A DNA stretch of 64,000 nucleotides from assembly GCA_017654855.1 (NCBI GenBank), contig CM030332.1, positions 5,642,001-5,706,000 on the forward strand. The letters are read 5' to 3'. Under the pieces are notes generated by a model. It was not told the DNA's origin and did no database searches. It saw only the letters and a list, made by a program, of their open reading frames with translations. Below, piece after piece: positions 49,758 through 61,248 of the stretch (position 1 is the first letter of the stretch; each line of letters opens with the position of its first letter). The translations under genes and the position numbers were made by a program. The DNA comes from Podospora anserina (Eukaryota).

Positions 49758-50869
49758 CTATTTTGGCCGGACACCAACAACCTCCCCCCTCATGCAAACC
49801 ACCTCGCCCCTTTTGACCACCAGTCTGTATCTTATTGTCTCCCCATTACCTTCCTCCACAGCCTCCGTCCCAATGGTGTACTCCTCCTCCGCATACAGCG
49901 GTGACAAAGCTCGGTAAGCAATACTCTTCGCCTTGATTGCCCCATCCCGTGAGTGAACATCCCGCCAGTAATTCATCAGATTAATCAGATTCAAGGGCCC
50001 ATGCACAACCACATTCGGGTGACCCTCCACCTGCCTCGTCCAGCTTTCGTTGAAGTGGATCATGTGCGCGTTGAACGTCAGGGCAGAGAACTGAAACAGC
50101 GCAACAGGGGACCAGACAAGATTGCGCATGGTATACCCTGCCTTTAGATCTGTGTCATCCTGAATATGGGACTTAGTGGTGGGTATCGTAATAACTGGAG
50201 CGATTGAGCCAGTAGGCGGTGCAGGTAGTGGTTGGCGGAAGATCCATGATCTGGGGGTCCGTCAGCAAATTGGATAGCAACAAAAAAACACTATGGCTGG
50301 GCACGTACGTACCTTCTGTCAGTAAGAGCTACCCCCCGAGGAGAAGCAAATATCTTTTCCACATCCACCAACACCATCTCACTCCCATCACGGCTCTTCT
50401 TCGCTTTGGCATCGAGAATCTCGGTGGTTTCCTCTACTCTGTCTCCTATTCTCAGTTGCACCTGTGGGTTCCACAGCATCTCCCCTCCAGCCCACATCCT
50501 CCTCGTGAATGGGGCCGGCGAGTTAAATGTTGTGTCTGACCCATCCGCTCCTAGCTCTGACTCGAACTGGGAGGGGGTGAAGTACACGAGGTGGTGACCG
50601 TAGGGAAGGTAAGTGCCGTCTGGTGGCTCCCCCGTGCAGAATTCTGATCGTCGGCCCAAGGTAAGAGACAGCTTCTGGAGTTGGTTTCCATCAAGAAGCT
50701 GTTTGCGGACGAACTTTTGACCTTTGACTTTCTTCAACAGCTCACTGGCTGCGGTCTGGGCGGCGGAGGTGTGGATGTGACGGGTGGAGGCTTGGCAGGA
50801 GGTGGTCATCATAATCTGGCTGGCTAGAATGCGGCGGGTGATGCGCGCGGGGTGCTGGAAAAGAGCCAT
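49758..50869 (-). CDS. Double hot-dog hydratase (HTD2 / mesaconyl-C4-CoA / itaconyl-CoA hydratase-like), likely mitochondrial; intron 50251-50312
   Basis: PYGHHLVYF, LGADGSD, PFTRRMWAGG, DRRSWIFR, LFQFSALTFNAHMIH and VVHGPL; Arg-rich presequence. Confidence 0.9.
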
Positions 50870-51158
50870 TTTCCAGTGGTCAAGAAAACGGACAAAAATG
50901 CCAGGGCCGATGTCTACTCACTGTTCATTCTCAAACACCAAGGTCCGTTGGTGATGTCGTTGATCAGATGTCAAAAGCGGAACCCCTTCCCCGGAAATAA
51001 TAGGGGGCGCTAAACTGGGTGCCTCGGTGGGGTCCACATTCCCCGCTTCCCCAGAAAACCGTTGTGCAGTCCATCAACAACAAGAACGACAGTGCGAGAC
51101 TGGAGATTCACATTGGCGCTTCTCGATAGTGTTGAGCTTTCAATTCCCTGACTTCACA

Positions 51159-52466
51159 ATGTCACAGTTAACCCTCCGCATGATCACCCGGTTGACGCGC
51201 CTGGCTTCCAATCACCGGCCGGCCCGCCATCAACTGTTCTCCACCTCGGCCAGGCGCCCCCTGATGTCAACAACAGGCTTCACCGAAACACAGCTCACCG
51301 TTCGAGAAGCAGTCGCGCAGGTCTGCTCGGAGTTTCCCAACACCTATTGGCAAGAACACGACCAGAATGAGCAAGATCCCAAGGAGTTCCATGCTGCCAT
51401 GGCCAAAAACGGCTGGCTCGGGATTGCTCTGCCAGAATCTCTTGGCGGATCCGGATTGGGAATATCTGAGGCCACCACGATGATGCAGACGATTGCGGAG
51501 TCTGGGGCAGGAATGGCGGGCGCCCAGAGCATACACGCCAATGTCTATGCTACACAGCCGCTGGCCAAGTTTGGGAGCACCGCCCAACTCGAAAGCACCA
51601 TTCCGAAGATCATTTCAGGCCAATGGCGGGTTTGCTTTGGGGTGACTGAGCCGAACGCGGGACTGGATACGCTGAGACTGTCAACCAGGGCCACGAAGCA
51701 GAGCGATGGTTCTTACAAAGTGACTGGGCAAAAGATCTGGATCACTTGCGCTCAAGTGGCCTCCAAGATGATTCTGTTGGCGCGAACCACACCGCTGGAG
51801 GAGGTCAAGAAACCGAGCGAGGGGCTGTCATTATTCTGCATCGATCTTGATCGTAGCAGCCCAGGTCTTGAACTCCGACGAATCAAGAAGATGGGCGGAC
51901 GGGCTGTCGATGCTAACGAGGTCTTCTTCGACAACTATTCGGTTGGTGTCGACTCGTTGATTGGCGAGGAAGGGCAAGGCTTCAAGATTATCCTGCATGG
52001 CATGAACGCTGAACGCTGCCTACTCGCCGGCGAGGCTCTTGGTCTGGGGTATGCTGCTCTAGGAAAGGCGGCAACGTATGCTAGAGAACGCAACGTCTTC
52101 AAGAGGCCAATCGGACAGAATCAAGGAATCGCCCATCCGCTAGCAGAGGTATACATGAAGCTTGAGGCGGCGAAGTTGGCAACGTATCATGCTGCGCAGT
52201 TGTATGATTCGAGCAAGGCCGATAAGACGATACGTCAAGATGCGGTGGGTGTGGCTTGCAATAGTGCAAAGTATCTGGCGGCCGAGGCAGCGTTCTCAGC
52301 GTGCGAGAGAGCCGTGTTGACGCATGGGGGAATGGGTTACGCGGTCGAGTATGACGTCGAACGGTACTTTCGAGAGTGTCTCGTGCCGAGGATTGCGCCC
52401 GTTAGTCGAGAGATGATTCTGAATTATATCAGTGAAAAGATTTTGGATCTTCCACGGAGTTATTGA
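51159..52466 (+). CDS. Acyl-CoA dehydrogenase, likely mitochondrial, intronless
   Basis: GWLGIALPESLGGSG, CFGVTEPNAGLDT, GQKIWIT, NEVFFD, GMNAERC, FKRPIGQNQGI and HGGMGYAVEYDVERYFRE. Confidence 0.95.
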   Translation: MSQLTLRMITRLTRLASNHRPARHQLFSTSARRPLMSTTGFTETQLTVREAVAQVCSEFPNTYWQEHDQNEQDPKEFHAAMAKNGWLGIALPESLGGSGLGISEATTMMQTIAESGAGMAGAQSIHANVYATQPLAKFGSTAQLESTIPKIISGQWRVCFGVTEPNAGLDTLRLSTRATKQSDGSYKVTGQKIWITCAQVASKMILLARTTPLEEVKKPSEGLSLFCIDLDRSSPGLELRRIKKMGGRAVDANEVFFDNYSVGVDSLIGEEGQGFKIILHGMNAERCLLAGEALGLGYAALGKAATYARERNVFKRPIGQNQGIAHPLAEVYMKLEAAKLATYHAAQLYDSSKADKTIRQDAVGVACNSAKYLAAEAAFSACERAVLTHGGMGYAVEYDVERYFRECLVPRIAPVSREMILNYISEKILDLPRSY

Positions 52467-52988
52467 AGCTTCGGTGGTGTGCTGCTGGTAGTCACCAGGT
52501 CGTCACTCCGCCTGCTGGTGGGGGACTTGGGTGGCCAGTGACCTCACCCGCTAGGCAGACTTGGGCTGATTGAACCTTCTTATTCTAGATGAGTGTTCAA
52601 GTGGTTTCCCTCACCGGTCAATCGATGCCAATTTTCAGGAGTCTGGTGTTTTACAATTGGTCTTTTAGTTCATGTGGAGCCGGTGGTGGTCTAGAGCATG
52701 ACGGGCCGAGTCGTCACTTGCTGCGAACGGTAGGCAACAAAGGCGACTTGAAAGTTTACCGAGGCCACCATAGTTTCTTTGAGACGATTTTCTTTGATCT
52801 GCACTCTTCACCTGGTCAACTCCCCAAACTCATGTAAAAAATCTTCGACTATACATGAGCGTTAAGACATACATCACAGCCCTGCCGAGCAAACTTGGAT
52901 CCATGCGCCAGCAACGACCAAGAATCTCTCTCTGCGAGTATTCAATTACAGCCGCATCCAGAGTCAAAACAGAGTCGCGCATTTAAAC

Positions 52989-54683
52989 ATGTCATCAACA
53001 TCGGCGCCACAAATACCCTTCGCTGAAGGCACCGAGGAGTATGGCTACTACGAGAGACTACAACATGTCGTCAGATCCCGCCTCCCCGGTATGAAACCCC
53101 GGGTTCTTGTCATTACAGACATCGAACAAGACTACGATGACCTCCTCGCTATTATCTTTCTGAGCGAGATGCACCGCATGGGCGCCATCGAACTTGCCGG
53201 CTGCATAGCAAACCATCACCCAGCGGACAGACGCGCTAAGTTCCTTCGAACAACTCTAGACTGCCTCAACCTGCAGCATGTACCGGTTGCTATTGGCACT
53301 AAGGGTGCTAGCGACATCGTGGCCCATGCTCCAGATCTCTACTATGGCCTCAAGAACAGACGGTTTCACGACTACGCCGAGAGAAAACATACACCTCCTC
53401 TCTCAGGCGAAGAGCTCATCGACTTCCTTGTCGACCAATCCGGCAAGGTACAGACACCGGGGGGGACACCTACACAAAAGCTCACTGTTTTGCTCATCTC
53501 TTCATTACAAGACATAAGCGAAGCATTCGAGCGGTGGAAGTCAGTACCCGGCGCACCCTTCCCCACAGACAAATTCGACAAGTTCATCTCTCAAGGCGGG
53601 TATAAACTAGAGGGCAACAACCTCTGGCCAGAGATGGGCATGACAAACAACAAATTCCACCGTCAAGCGGCCAAGAACTACACTCGAACCCTTCAAGGTT
53701 GCAAGCTCAAGTCTGACGCTTGGTCTCGCGAAGCCGCGAAGGCCGCCCGTCTCGACGGCTCGTTCTTCCAGGAGCTCTTCCAACTGGGGCCTATCGGTGC
53801 TCATCTCGAGTGGATGTGGCTAAGGCAGGAGTTCAAATTCTACTACGACCCCCTTAACGATCCATATATGCCCCAGCTCGATGTTGGATGGTATCTGAAC
53901 ACACGCCTCAACCTCTCTCGAAAATCGGACCTGTTCCAGCAATTAGCAAAGTCGATGCCGCCCTTCCAAGAGGTAGTCCCTCTTATCAGGGTCATTGCCT
54001 ACGACTGCTGTGCCGCGGTCGGCGCAGTCGGCGAGGACTTCATGAAAGCCTTTCACGTGCTTGACCCATCCGTGAAGCAACAGGCCCCCCTCGACGAAAC
54101 ACTTTCCGAACACGAAAGGCTCTTCAATGACAACAAAACCATCCACCGCGTCTTCGGCCGGACACAAGACGACATGGGCGGGATCAACGCTGACCAACTA
54201 GCCAGCGTCATGGAAGTCTTTATATTAGGAGGCTTACTCGCCACAAAGGACCACGCCGAAAAGTTATTACAAACCAAGAGCCCATCCACAGCTATACCCG
54301 ACCACGAACCCATGCAATACAAAAATACCCTCGAAAACTGGGAACACGACAGGCAACATCCCCTCATCACTGAAGTCAAGAGGTGCCGGAAGGAGTTACA
54401 GGGTCTCAAAGATAAGCAAGCAGACGCACAGGACAGTCTGGAGCTGGCGAGGACAGCAAAATCACATGATAGGGTGAGACAGGCGGAAAATACCTTGAAT
54501 GAGGTGGTTGGGAAGCAGACAAAGGCCGAGATTGCTTTGAACGCGGCAATTGGCAGGATCGAGGAGGACAAGACGCGGGGGGCGGAGAGGAAGTTGAGAG
54601 GAGAGTATGATTCTAGCACACCGGAGCTATCTGGGGCTCCGTATGAGCTGCTTTATCAGAGGGATGTTCTCGGGAGAGCGTAG
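52989..54683 (+). CDS. Inosine/uridine nucleoside-hydrolase-like fold protein with C-terminal coiled coil
   Basis: VLVITDIEQDYDDLLAI (DxxxDxDD), VPVAIG, ISQGG, NN and AYDC; heptad-like C-terminal region. Confidence 0.7.
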   Translation: MSSTSAPQIPFAEGTEEYGYYERLQHVVRSRLPGMKPRVLVITDIEQDYDDLLAIIFLSEMHRMGAIELAGCIANHHPADRRAKFLRTTLDCLNLQHVPVAIGTKGASDIVAHAPDLYYGLKNRRFHDYAERKHTPPLSGEELIDFLVDQSGKVQTPGGTPTQKLTVLLISSLQDISEAFERWKSVPGAPFPTDKFDKFISQGGYKLEGNNLWPEMGMTNNKFHRQAAKNYTRTLQGCKLKSDAWSREAAKAARLDGSFFQELFQLGPIGAHLEWMWLRQEFKFYYDPLNDPYMPQLDVGWYLNTRLNLSRKSDLFQQLAKSMPPFQEVVPLIRVIAYDCCAAVGAVGEDFMKAFHVLDPSVKQQAPLDETLSEHERLFNDNKTIHRVFGRTQDDMGGINADQLASVMEVFILGGLLATKDHAEKLLQTKSPSTAIPDHEPMQYKNTLENWEHDRQHPLITEVKRCRKELQGLKDKQADAQDSLELARTAKSHDRVRQAENTLNEVVGKQTKAEIALNAAIGRIEEDKTRGAERKLRGEYDSSTPELSGAPYELLYQRDVLGRA

Positions 54684-55581
54684 TTCTGTCAGAACAGACA
54701 GCCGCCTACTTGGTGGTGGTGTTTATTCTTGTATAGTACATGTACCATGGCAGTTTTTTCGGGCATGTTGGCCGGCTACTTGAACACGGGGTTGGCCGGG
54801 TGGAAAGGCAAGTCGAAAGTGAAGGTTGGGACAGGCGGGATGGCTGAACCATCCACTTCCATGGGCTTGGCTGGGCGGAGAGGCAGATAGGATGTGTGAT
54901 TCGGGACAAAAGCAGTCGATTCAGAAAAGCCTTCCTCTTCTCCCATCTTTACGTCAATGTCAATGACTTCATTGTCTGGAACCTGGCAGTGTAATATCTA
55001 TACGTGCATGCTATCGAAAACTTACCCTTGCCTTCATTTCCTTGACCTTGCATTCTGTTCATAAACTCGGTCAGATTGGGGTGGCCCCAGTCCAGGCCGT
55101 CGACTTGATGGAATTGGTCCACGGTCTTTGCAACAAGGCCATGCTCTTTGCGGTCGTGAATTCTCTTATTCCTCTTGTAACGTTTGGTATGACCAAGACA
55201 TGGCACGCTGTACATCACTCCGGCTCTTGGGTGGTATTTGAAAGCAATCGGTGCCGTGGTGCGAGTTTGGTGGGACAATGTGTTGTTTTCCCTCGCGGCC
55301 AACCTCTTTGGAAGTCGTCGTTCACGAGTCCTGGACACCGCCGATCCATTTGGGCGGGGAATGGCCATGTTTCCGACGTCGGTGGCGTTGTGAGAAGGAT
55401 ACAATCGCTGTGGTGCTCGCCAACAACCAGCCTTGGTGGGGATTGAAGATGGTCGGCGAAATAGGGCAAACAGATGTAACCAAAAGAAGGCAGACCAAAA
55501 GTGTGGGTTGAGAGCTTCCAGGTTCTCTTGTTCTTATTTGATCCAGATTCTCTCCCAAGCTACCCACCAGTGCAATGAGAT

Positions 55582-56829
55582 CTAGGTCATCAATCGCCCC
55601 ATTAACCCAGCAATCATCCTCGCCAAACCCTCATCATTAATATCTCTTTTGTCCTCCACCAATTCAATCCCACTCCCCTTTAGGCCCTCCTGCAACACAT
55701 CAAACAATACCTCGTCAACCTGCTTATCCTCAAACTGCTCACCACATTTCGAAAGCAAGCTTGTCCCACCCCTCGGAATCACCACTCTGACCACCTCCGG
55801 CCTCATAGCATTTTTCAACCTCTCCACCATAAACCTCCCGATGTCCCTCGCTTCCTCCTTGTTCGTCCTCATGACAGTAACAGCAGCATTATGCTCCACC
55901 AAATTTCTGTCTTTGAACCGCTCCGGCACCGTGTCCCTCGCCCCAAAGTTAACCATATCCGTTGCCCCCAACGAAACCAAATATGGAATCCCCCTCTCAA
56001 CCGCCGCCGTCATCCTCTCCTCCCCAGCACTCATCACACCCCCCACCACAAAATCTGCCACCTCCGTCGTGGTCAAATCCAACACGGCATCCAACTCCTC
56101 TTCCCTCACCATCTTCTCCATCGTCTTCCCCCCATGACCAGTAGCATGAAAAACATACACCTCCACATCGTCCCCATACCACTCCTTGAAACATTCACGA
56201 ACTGTGTCAACAGCAGGAGTAGTAACCCCAAACATCGTGACCCCCAACCTTTTCTTCCTCTCTTGTCCCCTTCCCCTCTCCCCGTGCTTTCTATGTTCAA
56301 ACACCACCGCAGAACCAACAATCCCGCCCGCTGCATTCCCAATCACCTCCCCCAACAACCCATTGATCCCAGCAATATCAACCACCGAGTTCACCATCCC
56401 AATATCACTCTCCCCCACATACCCCCCCGTATCCCCACTAGCAACAGTACTAACGATGACCTTTGGCAAACCCCACGGCAAACCCTTCATAATCCCCGCT
56501 GCAAGCACCGTCCCCGATGACCCCCCCAAAGAGATGACCCCATGCAGCCCCTTTGACGACCTCAAAAGCCCTTCCACAACTTTCGTTGCCTGGCGGGAGA
56601 TTACCTCGACAAATTCACCCCGGTCGAGGTTGGAAATATCAGTGCAATCCACCAGCAGGTTCTCTTGAGATATGGAAATAGCTTCGTGCTCGACCGGGTT
56701 TCGACCCACGTCTAGGAGGATGACCTCAAGGTCGGGAATAGGTAAGGGGAAGGAGATGATTGATTCCCTCAAAAAGAGGAGGGGTTCCAGCTTGGTGTCG
56801 CACGTTCCGATGATGAGGATGGTGGGCAT
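55582..56829 (-). CDS. Tm-1-like ATP-binding domain protein (UPF0261)
   Basis: IGTCDTKLE, GVISLGGSSGT, LPKVIVSTVASGD, SVVDIAGIN, GVTMFGVTTP, VFHATGHGG, DLTTTEVAD and GATDMVNFG. Confidence 0.92.
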   Translation of the reverse strand: MPTILIIGTCDTKLEPLLFLRESIISFPLPIPDLEVILLDVGRNPVEHEAISISQENLLVDCTDISNLDRGEFVEVISRQATKVVEGLLRSSKGLHGVISLGGSSGTVLAAGIMKGLPWGLPKVIVSTVASGDTGGYVGESDIGMVNSVVDIAGINGLLGEVIGNAAGGIVGSAVVFEHRKHGERGRGQERKKRLGVTMFGVTTPAVDTVRECFKEWYGDDVEVYVFHATGHGGKTMEKMVREEELDAVLDLTTTEVADFVVGGVMSAGEERMTAAVERGIPYLVSLGATDMVNFGARDTVPERFKDRNLVEHNAAVTVMRTNKEEARDIGRFMVERLKNAMRPEVVRVVIPRGGTSLLSKCGEQFEDKQVDEVLFDVLQEGLKGSGIELVEDKRDINDEGLARMIAGLMGRLMT

Positions 56830-57200
56830 GGTGGGTAATGGTATTGATAATCAATCAAATCTGATTGAATGACTCGAGTTTGAAAATTCCCGCGAGAATA
56901 CTGCATCTTAGGAATTTAGTCCTGAGCAAAGAAATGAATGACATCGATTAGAAAAGTGACAATATATGACAATTGGTCCAACAAGTGCACTTATGTTGTA
57001 CTCCCCTCCCGCGGGCTAACACATCGGACGTCTGTCATCCGATCCGAGACATGGTGACGTACTATATTCATCCGTGTTCAACACGATCACGATTCACTTA
57101 GTCCAACCATCGGTGATATAAACTTACATCCCAACCAACTACTCTGCATGTCCAACTGGGTAATCGCCCTTCACAGTCAGCAGTCAAAAACCTACTAAAA

Positions 57201-58120
57201 ATGCCTCCCCCCACCGACCGCCACGAAATCCTCCACCGCCTCCGCTCCCAAATCAACGCCGGCATCCCCATCCTCGGCTCCGGAGCCGGCATAGGTCTCT
57301 CCGCGAAATTCGTCGAGTCTGCCGGCGGCGACCTAATAATAATTTACAACAGCGGCCGCTTCCGCATGGCCGGCCGCGGCTCCCTAGCCGGTCTCATGCC
57401 CTACGGCAACGCCAACGACATTATGTTCGAGATGGTCAGTATCATTCCAATTTTCCCTCACCCCATATACTCACCCTTTCCACAAAGGCAAAAGAAATAC
57501 TTCCCATAGTCCATCGCACCCCCGTCCTAGCTGGCATCTGCGCCTCAGACCCCTACCTCCCCTCCTACCTCCCCTCCTACCTCCGTCACCTCAAATCCCT
57601 CGGCCTCTGCGGCATCCAAAACTTTCCCACCGTCGGCCTCATCGACGGTCAGTTCCGTGTTCACCTCGAACAAACCGGCATGGGGTACGATCTAGAAGTT
57701 AATCTCATCAAGGAGGCCCGGGCGTTGGAAATGCTGACCACGCCCTACGTCTTCAACCCAGACGAAGCCAGACTCATGGCCAAGGCTGGGGCGGATATTG
57801 TCGTGGCGCATATGGGGTTGACGACGGGGGGTTCCATTGGTGCGCAGGAGGCCGAGGGGGGGAATAATAAGGCGTTGGGTGACTGTGTGGAACGGGTGCA
57901 GGCGATTAGAGATGCGGTGTATGCGGTCAATCCCGAGATTATCGTGCTTTGTCATGGGGGTGCGATTGCCAGCCCAGAGGATGCGGGGTATGTGCTGGAA
58001 CGAACGAAGGGGGTGCATGGGTTTTACGGGGCGAGTTCGATTGAGAGGTTACCGGTTGAGAAGGCGATTACTGAGGTGACGAGGTCGTTTAAGGGGCTAA
58101 AGATGGGGGAGCGGAGGTGA
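57201..58120 (+). CDS. TIM-barrel signal transduction (TBST / PEP-hydrolase-like) protein; intron 57435-57487
   Basis: GAGIGLSAK, IIYNSGRFRMAGRGSLAGLMPYGNAN, GIQNFPTVGLIDG, TTPYVF, VAHMGLT, LCHGG and GFYGASSIERLP; the splice restores the frame. Confidence 0.92.
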
Positions 58121-59609
58121 GGGCTGGATCTGGAAAGGGGGAGGGTGGTGATGATGCATGTTGAGATGTGAACAGAACTGGTGTGGCATGGACTTGATGA
58201 TGAGATTGGTCAAAGAGGAAACGAACAAGACGTTGCTGAAACGATATGTGAGCGAGTCCGAGTCTGGGTCGATCTCGGCCGGCGGGTGGGGTGAGATCAG
58301 ATGGCAAGGTGAGGTGGGCACTTGCGCGGCAGGGACGACGGTATCCAATTGAAGGAGAACATCATCCACACGCTCCAGGTTCTTTTTCTCTTCGCTTATT
58401 CCCTAGATGCAAGTCATGCTTCAAGATGTGATATGATGACACGGGGATCATCTGCTCCGATGCCTCTTGATATAACCTCGACTTCTGATCCTAACCAACC
58501 CCTCGGATTCGTCAGCCCACCTCCCAAGCTGACGTCGCATTCTGAAGCTGAAAATCCCCTCGATGCCGTCCCGCCCAGCCCTCCCAGGCTGCAGCTTCCC
58601 GCCCCTAGTCATCTTCCCGTCCGTCAAACGTCAGCTGTAGGGCGACCAATCATTTATCTCCCCTCGGTCTACTGCATCTTCGCTGTTGAAAAGTCTGAAG
58701 CAAAAAGTCTTCCTCAGCCAACATCATGATGCCGTCTCGTCCTGACTCAGCAAGTGCCCAACAATCTCGTTGTTTGTCTCCATGTTGTGCCTTTCTACCA
58801 GCCAACAAACAGTCTGACCTCAGCCTCCTATCACTCCCAAACTCACCCCATCATCTGCCTCACCATTCAGCAACTCCTAACCCCTCCCCCTCTCCTCTCC
58901 TTGGGGGCCATAACAGAAACAGACAAATTCTCTCCTGTGTCGCATTTCTCCAATTATCTCCCCTTACTAACTGCATCCCCATCAAAGCCGGGCTGCGGCA
59001 CTCAAGTATCATCAATGAAACTGTACCAAAACGCCAACGACCGACCCCAATCAACAAGAAGGTCTATGGTACCCTTTTTTCCATAAAAATGACGACGTGG
59101 TCTCCTTATCGCCTCACCCGCGCATTGGTCTGTTCATCACGGATGAGCCTTACCCTTCTTCCCCCTTTCCGGATATTTTACCAGACAGTCCACTCAACCT
59201 CCCCTGACCACGCCACCAAACCGCATCACCGTCCACCGCTCTCCGTGACTCTTGCCCAGCGCCCCCGCCTCACTGATGAGGTGCGCGATGTTGTGGGATC
59301 GGCCCCCCAGAGAGAGAGAGAGAGAGAGGTCTCATTCGGTGAAGCCGGCAGAGGTGTTCTGTAAAGAGCTGCGGGACGCATCAATGCTTTTGATCAACAA
59401 ACAAACAATACCCAACGAGCCGCGATTGCAACCCTGGTTCGTCGTTGGAGTGTAGGCACGACGGTTCTAACAAAACAGTGTATCTACTATGGATAAGGAT
59501 GACGGCATGTGTGTGTTGTTGGTAAAATGTACAAGCAATTGAAACAAAAAGATCAAGATACACAAGAAACGAAAAGATGCCAGATCTGCCAAACCGCCAT
59601 AATCATACA

Positions 59610-61248
59610 TCAACTTCTCCCCCCTAACAACCTTCTCAACATAAGGACTTGTTCTCTTGCTCGAGTTTGCCGCTGCTCCACCTGATTGAAAATTACGCTG
59701 ACTACACCTTCCTGTAGCGTTTGTGGCGTTCTTCTATTGTGTTTCTGTCCATCGAAATCCGGTTCTTGATGTGCCTGGCTAGGCGGTGGAGGATGACCAA
59801 AGCCCAGCGCATGATCAAACTCGGCGTCATGTGTCGAAGCCACCGCCACCGATGCCGCCGCGATAAGCCCTTCGGAACCTTCGGGAGCGTCTTGTTGGCC
59901 AACTGCCAATGATCGCAAAGCACGATCTAGCTGCTCCATGAGATGGCTGATCAAGTTGGTCATGGCAAGCATCTGACTGTGCGATGAGCCAAAGAAGGCC
60001 CCCGTTGATGGCGTGTTGGGTGGTGTGGCTGCCTGACCCGAGTTGATTTGCGAGAGAAATGAACTGCAAAGATCTTCAAAAATGCCCAAGAGCATTTGGT
60101 GGGAGGCCAGAGCCATGAGAGAAATGGCAGTATCGGTAGCCTTGCTGATGGGTGCTGAGCTTCCTATGGCGCCATGGGGTATTCTATACACATCCGAACT
60201 GGCTCTCCTCCTTTCCAGGGGTATGTGGGGTGATATCATTTGTCGTGTGGCGTAACGGTCCATGAAGCTGATCAGTGAGCAGCCTGCATCGAAGATTTCA
60301 TTGATCGCTGGTGAAGCTACTGTCAACAGCGCTCGGGCGAGGGTACTCAACATTCTTCCAGCGCGATTGATGCGGAGGTTAGCTTGAGTGGCTTCTTCAA
60401 GAAGATTTTCGGCTGAGCCGGAAAACATCCATGTATTGTCGGTTGTCGCTGAGGTTGCGCTGAGTATGCTTTCGGAAAAAGAAGGCCCAAATTCACTACT
60501 GGAATCTTCGGCCGTATGTGGCAGAGGATGGAAGTGGTCCTGTCTATTTGGGAAATGACCTTGGTGTCCTGGCAACCCAAAGTCTGACAGAAGTGTTGTT
60601 GGAGTGTTCAAATCGGGTCTCCTATAGACAACGTCAAAGTTTGGCGATGCAGTTGTCGACAGAAGTAAGGGCGCTGTTCGGGATTGTGATTGTCTTTCAA
60701 TACCTGGCCTGGTCTCCGGTAGCGGGAAGTTGAATGCAGAGGGTCTCGGTGATAGGGACTGGGAATGAGTTGGGGAGAGTTCGGCTGGTGAAGATGGACA
60801 CCTGGATGACCGCCTCGCTCTTTTCCTAACCGGATGTCGGTGTACCCTTGGACGGCCGGACCGGAGCTGGGCTACAAGCAATGTCAGTACATGTAGCGGA
60901 TCTTAGAGCAGTCTAGTATTCCGGAAACATACGACTGAAAATGCAAACCGCCCCTGCCTTGGAGCACCTTGCACAAGGTATTGGCGCTATCACCGACCTC
61001 CCACGACTAGCTTCACTCTCTTCGCCTATGACCCCGAGACCGAGTGTATTGTTGTCATGCCCATCCGTGACACAGCGGACCTTGAGTTCGTGACAACGAT
61101 CGCACGACTGCCTCCTGGGCATGGGTGGTAGTGTGAGCTCGGCGATAGGCGGCTGCCCTTGCGATGGAAGGGTTGATGACATGGCGGAGCCGTGCACCCC
61201 AGACTCGACGAAGGAACCCGCCTCCTTGCTTGTCGTCTGTGCTTGCAT
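59610..61248 (-). CDS. Zn(II)2Cys6 transcription factor with AflR-like C-terminal region; intron 60872-60932
   Basis: RQSCDRCHELKVRC...PCARCSKAGAVCIFSPQLRSGRPR. Confidence 0.9.

Noticed and set aside
58158-59563. ORFs between the TIM-barrel and Zn2Cys6 genes
   Set aside because: Low-complexity translations, one reading through a (GA)n microsatellite; no coding evidence.
49758-61248. Single metabolic gene cluster controlled by the Zn2Cys6 factor
   Set aside because: No shared pathway logic or promoter motif that I could verify; adjacency alone is insufficient.
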